Below, piece by piece: positions 46,593-56,813 of a stretch of 64,000 nt of DNA (position 1 is its first letter; every line of letters begins with the position of its first letter). The stretch lies in IMG/VR virus record IMGVR_UViG_3300020469_000009; one strand, 5' to 3'. This stretch comes from a virus. The notes beneath the pieces were generated by a model. It was not told where the DNA came from and made no database searches. It worked only from the letters and a program-made list of their open reading frames with translations. The position numbers were made by a program, and so were the translations under genes.

Positions 46593-48434
46593 TTAGAAAT
46601 TTGGGTCAAAGTTCTGATAAACCTTGTCAAACCATTCTGGTTTTTCATCTTCATCTACATTAATTGGAGTCCATAAATCTCCTGATTGGTCCTTTTCGCC
46701 TAAATAAGTATCATTTTCAGACAACCATCCGATTGGCATATCATCTTTATCTTCTATTTTATCTTTATACATAAGTCGAGAAGCATTTAATTCAGTAAGT
46801 TCTTTCCAATGCTCACAACCTGATGCCCACCCAAACAATACTAAACACATAACTAAATCATCATTTGTGCCTGGCTCTGCTGCAAATGATGAACCTGACT
46901 CACCTTTTCGTACAAAAGTTGTGAGTTCTACGTATATATCATAGTCTTCTACAATTAGTTTATCAGCTTCTATCAATGATTTTATATTAGAACAACCACT
47001 AGTTTTAACTGAATGTGATGTAGTCACACCTAATTTTGCACTTGGACCACCACCTAATTGGTGTCCTGCTCTTCCTTTTGATGATGACCTTAATAAATTT
47101 TCATAACTTAATTCAAAATGTAAGTCATTTAATACTTGTGCACCTAAATCATTTGCCTCAACTAACACATGCGCATCATTAAAATGTTTTCCTACATTAG
47201 ATATAAATTGTGGTAATACCATTGGTGATATTTCATTTGACCTAAATTTAGCTACAGCTTTATATGGAACAGTTGTAATATCAAACACTACAAATGCTGA
47301 ATAATCTAATCGAATACCTCTAGCTGTATCACACACAAGAATATACTTATGACCTGGTTTTGGTTCCTCATGATAATCAACCTCTTCAAATGTTTTTACA
47401 GGTTCTACATATGACATATTTTGTAATTTTGTAGGTGATATCAAAGTATTACTAGAGCCAATAAATTGACATTCAAATTCTTGTCTAAATTGGTCTTCTG
47501 ATGTGTTGGCAATTTGTTCTTCTTTCCAGTTTTCGTCTCTGCCAGGCACATCCCACCAATTAATTTCAATAGGATTAAATTGTGACCTCTTTGCCGTAGC
47601 TTCTGTCCACATTTTATAGAAATGGTTCATACCTCTTGGTGTAGATACCACTATCATTTTTGTATCTGAACCAGATGAAATTGTAGGATATACTGAACGG
47701 AAAAAATCTTCAGCATCATTTGGTGGTACGAATGCAAACTCATCTAAAAACAGTAATGAAAATGACATACCCCTTGCAGCTGAACCTGATGATGATGTTG
47801 CTATTACTTTACTGCCATTTTCTAATGATATTGACCTTTTGTTCCAAGTAATAACACCTTGTTGCAACCAATACGGTAAATTTTCGTATGATAACTGTAA
47901 TCTACCTAAAATCTCTTGGGCTAATTCTCCTTTGTTAGCAAGTATACCTACAGTTTTACCTGGATTAAAAAGTAAGAACCATAAAATGTATGCTACACTT
48001 GTGGTTGACTTACCACACTGTCTAGGCAATTTAGCTATATTGAATCTGTTTTGATGAAAAGAAGATAACATATCTCTTTGAAAGTCATAAAGTGTAAATG
48101 GTATTTCACCAAAGTCTACAGACATAATTTTCATGTATGACTCAGCAAAATAAATTGGGTCTTCCATACACTTCTTATATTCTCTTAATTGTTCAGGTGT
48201 ATAGTCAACATTTTGATATGCTGCTTTGATATTAGGATTACCAACATAATGAGAAGCTTTGATATCGTTCTCAAAGAGTTCTGGTTTTGTATCTCTTGTG
48301 GGTGTGTCTTTATATTTTCTACCGACTGCTAAAAATGCTAATAAGTCTTTTTTAGTTTCGAAGTAGTGGTCACCGAACTGTTTCCAGCCATCATGAAGCT
48401 TTGAGTCGTACTCCTTATCACTAACATAGTTCAT
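46593..48434 (-). CDS. gp17: Terminase large subunit (gp17)
   Basis: PRQCGKST, LDEFAFV, VSTPRGMNHFY, QEFECQF, DDLVM. Confidence 0.98.
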   Translation of the reverse strand: MNYVSDKEYDSKLHDGWKQFGDHYFETKKDLLAFLAVGRKYKDTPTRDTKPELFENDIKASHYVGNPNIKAAYQNVDYTPEQLREYKKCMEDPIYFAESYMKIMSVDFGEIPFTLYDFQRDMLSSFHQNRFNIAKLPRQCGKSTTSVAYILWFLLFNPGKTVGILANKGELAQEILGRLQLSYENLPYWLQQGVITWNKRSISLENGSKVIATSSSGSAARGMSFSLLFLDEFAFVPPNDAEDFFRSVYPTISSGSDTKMIVVSTPRGMNHFYKMWTEATAKRSQFNPIEINWWDVPGRDENWKEEQIANTSEDQFRQEFECQFIGSSNTLISPTKLQNMSYVEPVKTFEEVDYHEEPKPGHKYILVCDTARGIRLDYSAFVVFDITTVPYKAVAKFRSNEISPMVLPQFISNVGKHFNDAHVLVEANDLGAQVLNDLHFELSYENLLRSSSKGRAGHQLGGGPSAKLGVTTSHSVKTSGCSNIKSLIEADKLIVEDYDIYVELTTFVRKGESGSSFAAEPGTNDDLVMCLVLFGWASGCEHWKELTELNASRLMYKDKIEDKDDMPIGWLSENDTYLGEKDQSGDLWTPINVDEDEKPEWFDKVYQNFDPNF

Positions 48435-48438
48435 AGGA

Positions 48439-48825
48439 TTACTCTTTACCTAATAGCTCTAACAAATCTTTGGTATTTAGTTTTACATTTAGATTGTTAT
48501 TCGTCACATTGCTATCTTTTGTCACACCTTTATTAATTTTCTCCACACGAATGTGATGGTCCATTAGTTGGCCTGCAATATTACCTAGCGTTTGTGCCGT
48601 ATTAGATGCTACTTCAATGGCTCGCGGGTGCTCGGACTCCTGCGCGAGTTGAACAGCACTATCAAGTACATCTTGAAGTCTCTCGCTTGCAGCGTACAGG
48701 ACTTCCCTGGCATACTCGTAGTCATCTTGACGATGTTGTACTAATTTGGCTACTTGACCTTTGGTATCTTTTACCTCGGTATCTAGTTCAGTTAGTTGCT
48801 TTTTTTCATCTCCATTTTTTTCCAT
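48439..48825 (-). CDS. gp16: Terminase small subunit (gp16)
   Basis: DDYEYARE, ESEHPRAIEV, VTNNNL...T.DL; immediately upstream of gp17. Confidence 0.9.
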   Translation of the reverse strand: MEKNGDEKKQLTELDTEVKDTKGQVAKLVQHRQDDYEYAREVLYAASERLQDVLDSAVQLAQESEHPRAIEVASNTAQTLGNIAGQLMDHHIRVEKINKGVTKDSNVTNNNLNVKLNTKDLLELLGKE

Positions 48826-48850
48826 ACTCTATTTATAGTATAAGTATAAT

Positions 48851-49429
48851 ATGAATAAGGACGATTTTGTAATTGAATTACCTGGATTTGAATTTGATAA
48901 AGATAGATTGATAGACTTTATGAATTCAGATGTATTAGGTGATTGGAGAGAGCTAAACCATTTTCCTATGAAAGGGCTAAGTAATGAATTTAATCTTGGT
49001 GGTACTTTTCTTATGGAAGGTGGTGGTTATATGTTAAAAGAATTAGAGACAAAACATGTTGACCATGTACGTCATATATATGACCAAGTAAATCCAAATA
49101 TATTATTGTGGGCAAAGATGGCTTTAAAACCAGCAAACTTTTTAAAATATCCACCCTATATGAAATTAGCAAAACATAAAGATAGATTAAGAACAGGTAG
49201 TATTCACTTTCCATTAGGACCAGGTGAACCTACTAATTTTTATGATGATGACTATAATTTAATATATCAACATGAACATAATGGTAATCCAGTTATTATG
49301 CACACTCACAAATATTTTCATGGTGTGGATAATAAAGATAAAGAAAGATATTGTTTTCAAATCACACTAAAACATGATTGGGAATTATTACATGAATGGA
49401 ATGCGAATGGAACTCTCTATACAAGTTGA
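48851..49429 (+). CDS. Fe(II)/2OG oxygenase-like cupin protein
   Basis: HKD...IHFPL...HGVDN...R (HxD...H...R). Confidence 0.65.
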   Translation: MNKDDFVIELPGFEFDKDRLIDFMNSDVLGDWRELNHFPMKGLSNEFNLGGTFLMEGGGYMLKELETKHVDHVRHIYDQVNPNILLWAKMALKPANFLKYPPYMKLAKHKDRLRTGSIHFPLGPGEPTNFYDDDYNLIYQHEHNGNPVIMHTHKYFHGVDNKDKERYCFQITLKHDWELLHEWNANGTLYTS

Positions 49430-49964
49430 ATCAGTAGACCCTACTCAAATGAACTCTATGCAAATGTTAGAGCTGTTTGAATTTTGTGCTGAAGCCTCTC
49501 AAGAAGATTTGCCACCAGCAAAAAATATGGAAGTAAAAGATTATGAAAATAAACCAGAAACTTTATTACATAAATTATGGATATCAAAAGAATATGATAG
49601 ATTGTTTTTAGGTTGGCAAGGAGAAAGATTAGTTGGTATTTCAGCCTGTTATAGGTTAAATAAAAAGGTTATGATATGTGGTTGCCGTTCTTGGACAGTA
49701 CCAGATATGAGAACTAAATATGTTCATGGTAATCATATATTTCCAGAACAATTTAAGTATGCCAAAAATGAAGGATGTCATGCAGCTTGGTTTACTTTTA
49801 ATGATTATAATGTATGGCTATACAAATTTTTAAAAAGAATAAGTGAAGGTAAAGCTACAGCATTTGGTATGAAAAATTCAGATACATATAAAGATATGAC
49901 ATTTGTACCTGGTCAGATGTTAATAAAAAATACTACTCAAATGGTTGCTATAAAAAAATTATGA
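49374..49964 (+). CDS. GNAT-like protein (start may be 49407)
   Basis: LVGISACY...RSWTVPDMR...FTFNDYN resembles a GNAT fold; weak. Confidence 0.5.
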   Translation: MIGNYYMNGMRMELSIQVESVDPTQMNSMQMLELFEFCAEASQEDLPPAKNMEVKDYENKPETLLHKLWISKEYDRLFLGWQGERLVGISACYRLNKKVMICGCRSWTVPDMRTKYVHGNHIFPEQFKYAKNEGCHAAWFTFNDYNVWLYKFLKRISEGKATAFGMKNSDTYKDMTFVPGQMLIKNTTQMVAIKKL

Positions 49965-50701
49965 TACCCGTATTTGCTCCATTAAAAGAACAATTAGATT
50001 TTAGTGAACACAAAATTGTGGAAGAACTATTAGCTACTCATATTGATAAACATAGTGTATTAGCTACAACTACATTTGAAGATGGACAATCTAGATGGAA
50101 AGGCGTAATGTCTTTTGAAGATGAAAAATTTGCTAAAACAAAAGACGTAATTCATTATGAAGATTCAAGTGATACACATCGGTCTATAATTAGAGGAATG
50201 GACACGTTTTGGATGACTAATCTTACTTATCATGATGACCGTTCAAAATATGAAAGTTGGGATTATCATAGAACAATACCATTGTGGGTAGAACATCAAC
50301 ATCCTTGGAAGTTCAGAGAAGATTTAAACATTCCTTATACTCAAGCTGTAATTCAAATGTTGCCATTTGAATATGTCACAACAGTAAGATGTATTTTACA
50401 GCAACCACCATCAATTGGTGTAATACACGCTGATTCTGGTAAGAAAATGAATCAACAATATTATGCTGATGGCAATGGTTCTATAACTTTAAATGTTTTA
50501 GCCGGTGGTGCTAATCTTTGGGTTGAAACAGATACTGGTGAAAAAATGATTGATGAATCTAAATGGAAGGTTTGGCATTTTGATGATTCAAATCCGCATT
50601 GTACCACAGAGACAAAATCAAGAAGAATACAAATAAGAGTATTTGGAAAATTGAAATCAGACTATACAGAATTGCTAGACTTAGAACACGCCTTATTATA
50701 A
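49961..50701 (+). CDS. Fe(II)/2OG oxygenase, Asp/Asn beta-hydroxylase-like
   Basis: IHAD, ITLN, FDDSNPHC, RIQIR. Confidence 0.65.
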   Translation: MIPVFAPLKEQLDFSEHKIVEELLATHIDKHSVLATTTFEDGQSRWKGVMSFEDEKFAKTKDVIHYEDSSDTHRSIIRGMDTFWMTNLTYHDDRSKYESWDYHRTIPLWVEHQHPWKFREDLNIPYTQAVIQMLPFEYVTTVRCILQQPPSIGVIHADSGKKMNQQYYADGNGSITLNVLAGGANLWVETDTGEKMIDESKWKVWHFDDSNPHCTTETKSRRIQIRVFGKLKSDYTELLDLEHALL

Positions 50702-50739
50702 GTGATTGATTTCTTATAATAAAAAAGTGAAAAAAAACC

Positions 50740-50768
50740 TTTACAATGACCTTGTTTTATGATAAGAT
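50740..50768 (+). promoter_or_regulatory. Sigma70-type early promoter
   Basis: TTTACA-17 nt-TAAGAT with upstream A-tracts (UP element); AGGAG RBS downstream. Confidence 0.7.
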
Positions 50769-50798
50769 AACATCATAAATTAAACAGGAGCAAACTAT

Positions 50799-51005
50799 AT
50801 GTCTAACACTATCACTTCAGAATTCGCTTTTCACAACACACACCCAAAAGATTTATTCCCCATATTTGACAATTTCAATATAGTATTTTTTAAATTTTTG
50901 GATATTTCGGACCAAGGGGCTTTAGTTTTTCAACTAACTTTTTCATCCAAAATTGACTTTCAAAACTTCAATAATTTCCTCAAAGGGGACAATTCAAATT
51001 ATTAA
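50799..51005 (+). CDS. Small early hypothetical protein
   Basis: 68 aa with its own promoter and RBS. Confidence 0.6.
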   Translation: MSNTITSEFAFHNTHPKDLFPIFDNFNIVFFKFLDISDQGALVFQLTFSSKIDFQNFNNFLKGDNSNY

Positions 51006-52018
51006 ACCGGTTTAGCCTTTGGCGAAAACGCTTTAGGATATACAGCAACTCTTGAATTTTTAATTCCAGCACTATTTCTGTTATTTCTAAAACCTGCTAC
51101 ATAAGTAGGTTCATATTCACCACCAGGAATTTGTGGATTAATAATTTTATGATTTGAAACTATTTCGTATGTATCACCTTTTTTCTTTAAAGTCATTGGA
51201 CCTTGATGAAATTCATCTACATTATATGGTGAAGGTTTTTTACCTGCTTCTGGTCCATACACAGTATTCTTTTTTACAGTTGGGTCTTTTACGGTTCTTT
51301 TAAATGCATCTCCACTTCGTAATCCATCAGGTCTTTCATCTTTTACAGCATCTATAAAGTCTTGAGCTTTTTTATTTTTCTTTAATTTTGGGTCTTTTGA
51401 AATTCCACCATACTGCATAAAATTTTTTGGTCCAGTTCCGTCTTTATGTGATATAAATCCAACTTGAGTTCTACCGTCTACACCTAAAAGACAAAAGTCT
51501 GACTTAGGCACTTTATCACCACGATAAGGTGGTTGTGAAATAATGTCTGATGCTTTTACTATTCTTTTACCAACTTTAATATTTAGATAAGGTGTTCCAT
51601 CTTTATCCATAGCAGCATGAAACAAATTATGAAATGCAGTTAAAGCCATATTTTCTTTTGCAGTAGATTTGCCCTTGGGAACGCCACCTAAGTCTGGAGA
51701 TTTGTAAAAGTCTTTCTCTTTACCCATATACATAGGTTCACCTTTGTAAAAGAATTTCACCGCACCTTGGTTTCTGATAGGTTGTTCTAGAGTTTGTTGC
51801 ATAGATTGTACACCATGCTCTACACCATTTACTTCTATTTTTTTATCTAAAACAATTAGACCTTTTGTAGTTAAAAACTCTTTTCCATCTTTAATTTTTT
51901 GAATAATAATAGGTAAACGACCTTTTCTCTTAGAATCAGCTAAGTCTAACCAAGTAAATTCTGGTTTAGAAGCTTCATCTAAAAATTCATTAAATTTTTT
52001 GTGTATTTTTGTTTTCAT
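51002..52018 (-). CDS. Putative capsid-packaged protein with a PD-(D/E)xK-like nuclease motif
   Basis: CTS-like KKFNEFLDE-A; E...PKSDF...ISHK motif; basic. Confidence 0.55.
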   Translation of the reverse strand: MKTKIHKKFNEFLDEASKPEFTWLDLADSKRKGRLPIIIQKIKDGKEFLTTKGLIVLDKKIEVNGVEHGVQSMQQTLEQPIRNQGAVKFFYKGEPMYMGKEKDFYKSPDLGGVPKGKSTAKENMALTAFHNLFHAAMDKDGTPYLNIKVGKRIVKASDIISQPPYRGDKVPKSDFCLLGVDGRTQVGFISHKDGTGPKNFMQYGGISKDPKLKKNKKAQDFIDAVKDERPDGLRSGDAFKRTVKDPTVKKNTVYGPEAGKKPSPYNVDEFHQGPMTLKKKGDTYEIVSNHKIINPQIPGGEYEPTYVAGFRNNRNSAGIKNSRVAVYPKAFSPKAKPV

Positions 52019-52799
52019 TTTTCCTCAATAACATTATAAATGGTTTTACTGGGTCTACCTCCCACCATTTTTCTCCAGGAAATGCATTACCTGGTCTATG
52101 GTGATGGTTGTTATGCCAATTTTCTCCTAATGCTATTGGTAGCATCCAAGGTGTATTTTTGCTATCTTCTCCAGTATCATAAGTTCTATATCCACTCATA
52201 TGATTCCAATAATTACTCATATTAGTACTAAATACACTCATGAATCCTGGCACAACACCTAAGAATAATAATGCATTAAGTCCGCCAAAAGCGAAAAGCA
52301 AAGCATAGTAAGACAGAATAATAAGATGATACCAATCGTGAAAAACAACCTGCACTTTATCTCTAATCATATGACGACCATACATTAAAGCTGCACTTGG
52401 TTTGTCTCTAAACAATTTATCATCATAGAACGAAAACAAGATTTTAAATCCATGTTCGTGAGGACTATGTGGATCATAGCCTTTATCTGTATAATGGTGG
52501 TGCTGTCTATGCATCATCACCCACGCTAATGGCGAACCGGTATTTGCGAGTATGCCAAGTAAGGAAAAAGCATACTCGACTATCTTATAAGTCTTAAAAG
52601 ACCTATGAGACAATAGTCTATGATATGTAAAATTAATTCCCAAAGCTATTATTGCAAACCACATAGCAAATGCTGCTACCCACCAACCAGTTGCAACTGG
52701 TAAAGTTATGGCATAAATAACTCCGGCTAAAAGAATGAGATGCTGATATGGAAACCATTCAGACCTCGGACGCATATATTGTTTAATTAAGTTTATCAT
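51990..52799 (-). CDS. Membrane fatty-acid desaturase (delta-9-like)
   Basis: His boxes HRLLSH, HRQHH, HNNHH; DPHSP; GENWH; WWEVD; TM helices. Confidence 0.93.
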   Translation of the reverse strand: MINLIKQYMRPRSEWFPYQHLILLAGVIYAITLPVATGWWVAAFAMWFAIIALGINFTYHRLLSHRSFKTYKIVEYAFSLLGILANTGSPLAWVMMHRQHHHYTDKGYDPHSPHEHGFKILFSFYDDKLFRDKPSAALMYGRHMIRDKVQVVFHDWYHLIILSYYALLFAFGGLNALLFLGVVPGFMSVFSTNMSNYWNHMSGYRTYDTGEDSKNTPWMLPIALGENWHNNHHHRPGNAFPGEKWWEVDPVKPFIMLLRKNENKNTQKI

Positions 52800-52803
52800 A
52801 AAT

Positions 52804-52823
52804 TATTTATTCCGCTATAAATA
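52804..52823. promoter_or_regulatory. Divergent late promoters (AATAAATA on minus, TATAAATA on plus)
   Basis: 52804-52811 lies 4 nt before the desaturase ATG; 52816-52823 lies before the 52834 operon. Confidence 0.7.
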
Positions 52824-52833
52824 TATTTTTATT

Positions 52834-53523
52834 ATGGGAACAATAATGCGTCAACTTTCTATTGAAGACAAAGACCAAGTCTACGACCTAATGATGCGTA
52901 GATATATTCAATTGTCTAAATCACCAGTTCAATCCAGAAGCAATGAAAATGTTCAAGAACAATATGACCTATTCATAGATGAACATATGAATTTTCAATG
53001 GACTGATGGCCTCCCTAATGAGGTTAACAAGGGCAGGGCTTTCGGTGTATTCCATGATGAAGAATTAATGGTAATACTCACACAAAAATTCTCAACAACT
53101 AGAATGCCATCTTGGTATGTGGGTAATATGATTTCTTGTCCATCACTGAAGAGTTATAAAACTGTTGCTGAATATACTGCTAAGTTATTAGATATGGCTG
53201 TATCAGATGCAGAAAAATATGGGTATACTCAGTTTTATTGGGTCACTTCCACAAAAGGATGGAATAAAAGAGAACAACTTTGGTATAACTATAGTGATAC
53301 CTTTAAAAGGTATAATGTCTTTATTGAGAATGTAATACCAGCAAACACTGAACCTAAGTTTGATTATGAAAAAGTTATTACTGGTTATAGGAAACATCCA
53401 ATAGATTTGGCAATTAAGTCAGCAAGAATAAAGCCACATCTAAGACATGAAACATTTAAAGAGTATTTAAAAGTAGATTATGTACCATTGCAGGATTTAG
53501 ATAATGAGTTTGGAAAAAGTTAA
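52834..53523 (+). CDS. GNAT-like hypothetical protein
   Basis: MRQLSIEDKDQV start, AFGVFHDEEL, DAEKYGYTQFY; C-terminus paralogous to the next ORF. Confidence 0.5.
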   Translation: MGTIMRQLSIEDKDQVYDLMMRRYIQLSKSPVQSRSNENVQEQYDLFIDEHMNFQWTDGLPNEVNKGRAFGVFHDEELMVILTQKFSTTRMPSWYVGNMISCPSLKSYKTVAEYTAKLLDMAVSDAEKYGYTQFYWVTSTKGWNKREQLWYNYSDTFKRYNVFIENVIPANTEPKFDYEKVITGYRKHPIDLAIKSARIKPHLRHETFKEYLKVDYVPLQDLDNEFGKS

Positions 53524-54112
53524 AATATTAGATGATAGCTGGAAAGAACCAGTAAAAGAATTACTAAAACTTAGAGATACCCATAGTGGTATGTCAAAAG
53601 AATCTATAGATTTTGATAATATTTGGAGTGACGAATATTTAAACAAATACTTTGATCCAAATGAACCATATTTTCTATGGGGATATATTGATGATGGAAA
53701 ATTAACTAGTATGTGTGGTGTATATAAATGGAAACTTATTCCAAGATGCACAACTACAATTTTTGTATCTGATTATTCAGTTGGCATGGGCATATTTGCT
53801 ATTGTAGAAGATATGTGGAAAGTTCATTTCAAGTGGATGTTAGATAATGGTATCACACAGGGATTTACTTTTTCAGATGCAGAAACTACTCTTGATGCAG
53901 TCACAGCAAAAACAAGAATACAAAAAGCTAAAAAGAAACTATTACAAAGAGCTGGTGATAATCGATGGTTTACACAAGTAGAAGAAGTAGTAAAAGCAAA
54001 TACAGATACGTCTTGGACAGGATTTAAAATTATAACTGGTAATCGTAAATGGCCAGTTGATATGGTAATTAAAAGCTACACTTACACAGGAAATTGGTTT
54101 GAAAAAGACTGA
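53504..54112 (+). CDS. GNAT-like hypothetical protein (paralog)
   Basis: LWGYIDDGKL; EEVVKANT...ITGNRKWPVDMVIKS versus ENVIPANT...ITGYRKHPIDLAIKS in 52834. Confidence 0.5.
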   Translation: MSLEKVKILDDSWKEPVKELLKLRDTHSGMSKESIDFDNIWSDEYLNKYFDPNEPYFLWGYIDDGKLTSMCGVYKWKLIPRCTTTIFVSDYSVGMGIFAIVEDMWKVHFKWMLDNGITQGFTFSDAETTLDAVTAKTRIQKAKKKLLQRAGDNRWFTQVEEVVKANTDTSWTGFKIITGNRKWPVDMVIKSYTYTGNWFEKD

Positions 54113-55109
54113 GGATATTATATCATTGGCAAATGGTAAACCTATTGCAGTCACAGGTAATGGTCGGTGTGGTACATCATTCATAAATAGACAATTATAC
54201 AGACATGCAGTTATTAATAGTTCAGAACCTCAGGGCTTTTTAGAAGAATTCATGAGACTTTCCAGAGGTATATATGAATATCAATGGGAACCTATACCAA
54301 GAGTAAAAGATTTTAGCCAGGAATCAGCTTATACTGGTTATTTGTTTTCTGCTCTTAGTAATAAAAGCAATAAAAAATATTCAGGATTTAATTTAACAAC
54401 TGATGAAGCTTTAGAATATTTAAGACCAAGAATAGAAAAACTGAAAAAGCATGGGTTAGATAATCTACATTTAAAAATTTTTCCAATAGATTTTTGTGTA
54501 TTACATAAAATTGATGAAGAGTTTTGTAAAGAATTATTGCATCACTACCATTGGATATTTTTGTATAGAGAAGATTGGAAAGATGCATTTTCAAGTCTTT
54601 TATTTGGTGCAACTAGAGACAAGTTTCATTTCTATGATGATGAAGATATTATGAATACCGATACTTGGAAATATGGTGGGGCGAAAGATGCAAAGAGTTT
54701 TGTAAATCCTTATACCGCAACTGCAATAATGGACCAATCTTATGGTATGATAAATTCTATATTTACAAAAGAAATCTCTTGTTCTATAATAGAGATGAAA
54801 GAAATTCAAGAAATACCAGACAATCATGCTGAGTTTTTAAATACAAACTGTCCATATAAACCAAATGATTTTTGGACACAATCACCAAAAATGTTTAGCA
54901 ATAAAAAAGAGTTTACCAATCAAGCTTTAATAAACTTAGATAAAGCTACAGATAAAGCTGAAAAAAGACTCAAACAACTAGTTGCTGGTTCAAATGGATT
55001 GATGACTTTAGATGGTGACTCTTTGAGAATGGATGATTCAAAATTAAGAGATGGTAAACCTTATTTAGAGTATAATATAGGTACACCATTTTTGGAGTAT
55101 AATATTTAG
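54099..55109 (+). CDS. Putative PAPS-dependent sulfotransferase
   Basis: 5'-PSB-like GRCGTS near the N-terminus and 3'-PB-like LYRED...S. Confidence 0.6.
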   Translation: MKKTEDIISLANGKPIAVTGNGRCGTSFINRQLYRHAVINSSEPQGFLEEFMRLSRGIYEYQWEPIPRVKDFSQESAYTGYLFSALSNKSNKKYSGFNLTTDEALEYLRPRIEKLKKHGLDNLHLKIFPIDFCVLHKIDEEFCKELLHHYHWIFLYREDWKDAFSSLLFGATRDKFHFYDDEDIMNTDTWKYGGAKDAKSFVNPYTATAIMDQSYGMINSIFTKEISCSIIEMKEIQEIPDNHAEFLNTNCPYKPNDFWTQSPKMFSNKKEFTNQALINLDKATDKAEKRLKQLVAGSNGLMTLDGDSLRMDDSKLRDGKPYLEYNIGTPFLEYNI

Positions 55110-56078
55110 ATGGAACATTTTTACACACACAATAATCATTTTAAGTGGGGATATAATAAGAAATGGTTTACACAAAGACAAAAACCTCAAGACAGATATA
55201 CTGTTGAATTTGGTGTTGTTGATAATCCTTTGGATTTTAAACAAGAGTGTTATAGAGCTGCAAGATTAATTGATGAGTATGCTTATGGTGTGGGTACTTC
55301 TATTGAACTTATGTTTAGTGGTGGTTCAGAATCTGAAGTAATGCTTCGTTCTTTCATAGACCAAGATATAAGAGTCAATATTAATATTATGACTTATGAC
55401 CCACATTTGAATTTACATGATATATCTCATGCAATAGTATTTTGTGAAACAAATAATTTAGATTATGTACTTCATGAAGTACCAATATTACAGTGGTTGC
55501 ATGAAGAAGGTCTTAAATATGGGTCACTATCACAGTCTATTTCACCAAGAATTCTGCCCCACATGCTGCTTATGGAGAGACTAAGTGAAGGTATACCAGT
55601 CATGGGAATGGGTGAATGTTATATTGCACATGGAAATTTAAAACAATACTATGATTTAGTGGACGGTAAAATTATGCGAAATACTAAAGATGATTATGAA
55701 CCAGCACCTTGGTATTTTTATGAAAGAGAAAAAATTAATAGTTGGTATCGATTTGCACAAAAACAAAACATTAAAGCAATACCAGGATTTTTCCAATATA
55801 CACCAGAACTTATGTATGCTTTCCTTGATGAAGAAATGACAAAGCAATTAGCAATGAATAATTGGCCTGGTAAATTATCTAACACTAGTACTAAAAAAGA
55901 AATATATTCAAAACACTTTCCTGGAATACTACAAAAGAGAAAGTACGATGGATTTGAACAATTAGCTAAAATGGATAATCAATTAAGACCTACATTACAA
56001 AGTGAGTATGGCGACTATTCTCAAGAAGTAAAAATTGAATATAATGAATTAATAAAACAACTGGAAGGCGATAAATGA
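55110..56078 (+). CDS. PP-loop (adenine nucleotide alpha-hydrolase/asparagine synthase-like) protein
   Basis: LMFSGGSESE (SGGxDS-like), MGMGE, RKYDGFE. Confidence 0.55.
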   Translation: MEHFYTHNNHFKWGYNKKWFTQRQKPQDRYTVEFGVVDNPLDFKQECYRAARLIDEYAYGVGTSIELMFSGGSESEVMLRSFIDQDIRVNINIMTYDPHLNLHDISHAIVFCETNNLDYVLHEVPILQWLHEEGLKYGSLSQSISPRILPHMLLMERLSEGIPVMGMGECYIAHGNLKQYYDLVDGKIMRNTKDDYEPAPWYFYEREKINSWYRFAQKQNIKAIPGFFQYTPELMYAFLDEEMTKQLAMNNWPGKLSNTSTKKEIYSKHFPGILQKRKYDGFEQLAKMDNQLRPTLQSEYGDYSQEVKIEYNELIKQLEGDK

Positions 56079-56806
56079 AAAAGATGTTAATTACAGGTGC
56101 TTCATCTGGTATAGGTGCAGCTTTTGTAGACCATTACAAAGATAAGTTTGAACTTATTACAACTGCAAGAACCGAGAAAGAATGGATTACTGACCCAGGC
56201 GATATAACTGACAAAGAATTTAGAGCTGAATTAATTAAAAAACATAATCCTCATGTAGTGATTAATAATGCTGGTGGATTTAGAGAAACATTTGATGAGA
56301 CATACCACTTAAATACTGTATCTGCAGGTGAAATCTTTGAAGGATTTTATGATAAGATGCTACCATATACTCATATATTTAATGTAATATCTTACGGTAT
56401 TAGAATGTATGGCTGGCAAGATATGAGTAGAGAACGTTCTTATTACTATTCAAGTAAAAAAGCTTTATATGAGTTTGTCAATAATGTAAATATGTCTAAA
56501 CATAGACCAGTACATGTATGTAATTTAATACCGGGTGTTGTAAAAACTGATGCTGTAGATGCTGATATTTTAAGAAAAACTCAAATCAATAAAGGTATAG
56601 TAGAAGAAAATACTTTAGAGTACTATCTCAAAGAGAATTATCATAAAGGTAGAACACCATTCCATGCTTTCTTTCCTATTGCTAAAGAAGATTTACCAAT
56701 TATATCAGAATTCATAATGACACTTCCAGATTACATAAATATAGATGATATTGTAATAGGAATGTTTAATAAACAAACATTTCCTGGTAAACCAACAACA
56801 CAATGA
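56075..56806 (+). CDS. Short-chain dehydrogenase/reductase
   Basis: ITGASSGIG, INNAG, YYSSK (YxxxK), PGVVKT. Confidence 0.88.
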   Translation: MKKMLITGASSGIGAAFVDHYKDKFELITTARTEKEWITDPGDITDKEFRAELIKKHNPHVVINNAGGFRETFDETYHLNTVSAGEIFEGFYDKMLPYTHIFNVISYGIRMYGWQDMSRERSYYYSSKKALYEFVNNVNMSKHRPVHVCNLIPGVVKTDAVDADILRKTQINKGIVEENTLEYYLKENYHKGRTPFHAFFPIAKEDLPIISEFIMTLPDYINIDDIVIGMFNKQTFPGKPTTQ

Positions 56807-56813
56807 GGAGTGT

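Noticed and set aside
2680-48434. Introns, inteins or stop-codon recoding in core genes
   Set aside because: gp43, gp46, uvsW, gp23, gp20 and gp17 are uninterrupted in the standard code.
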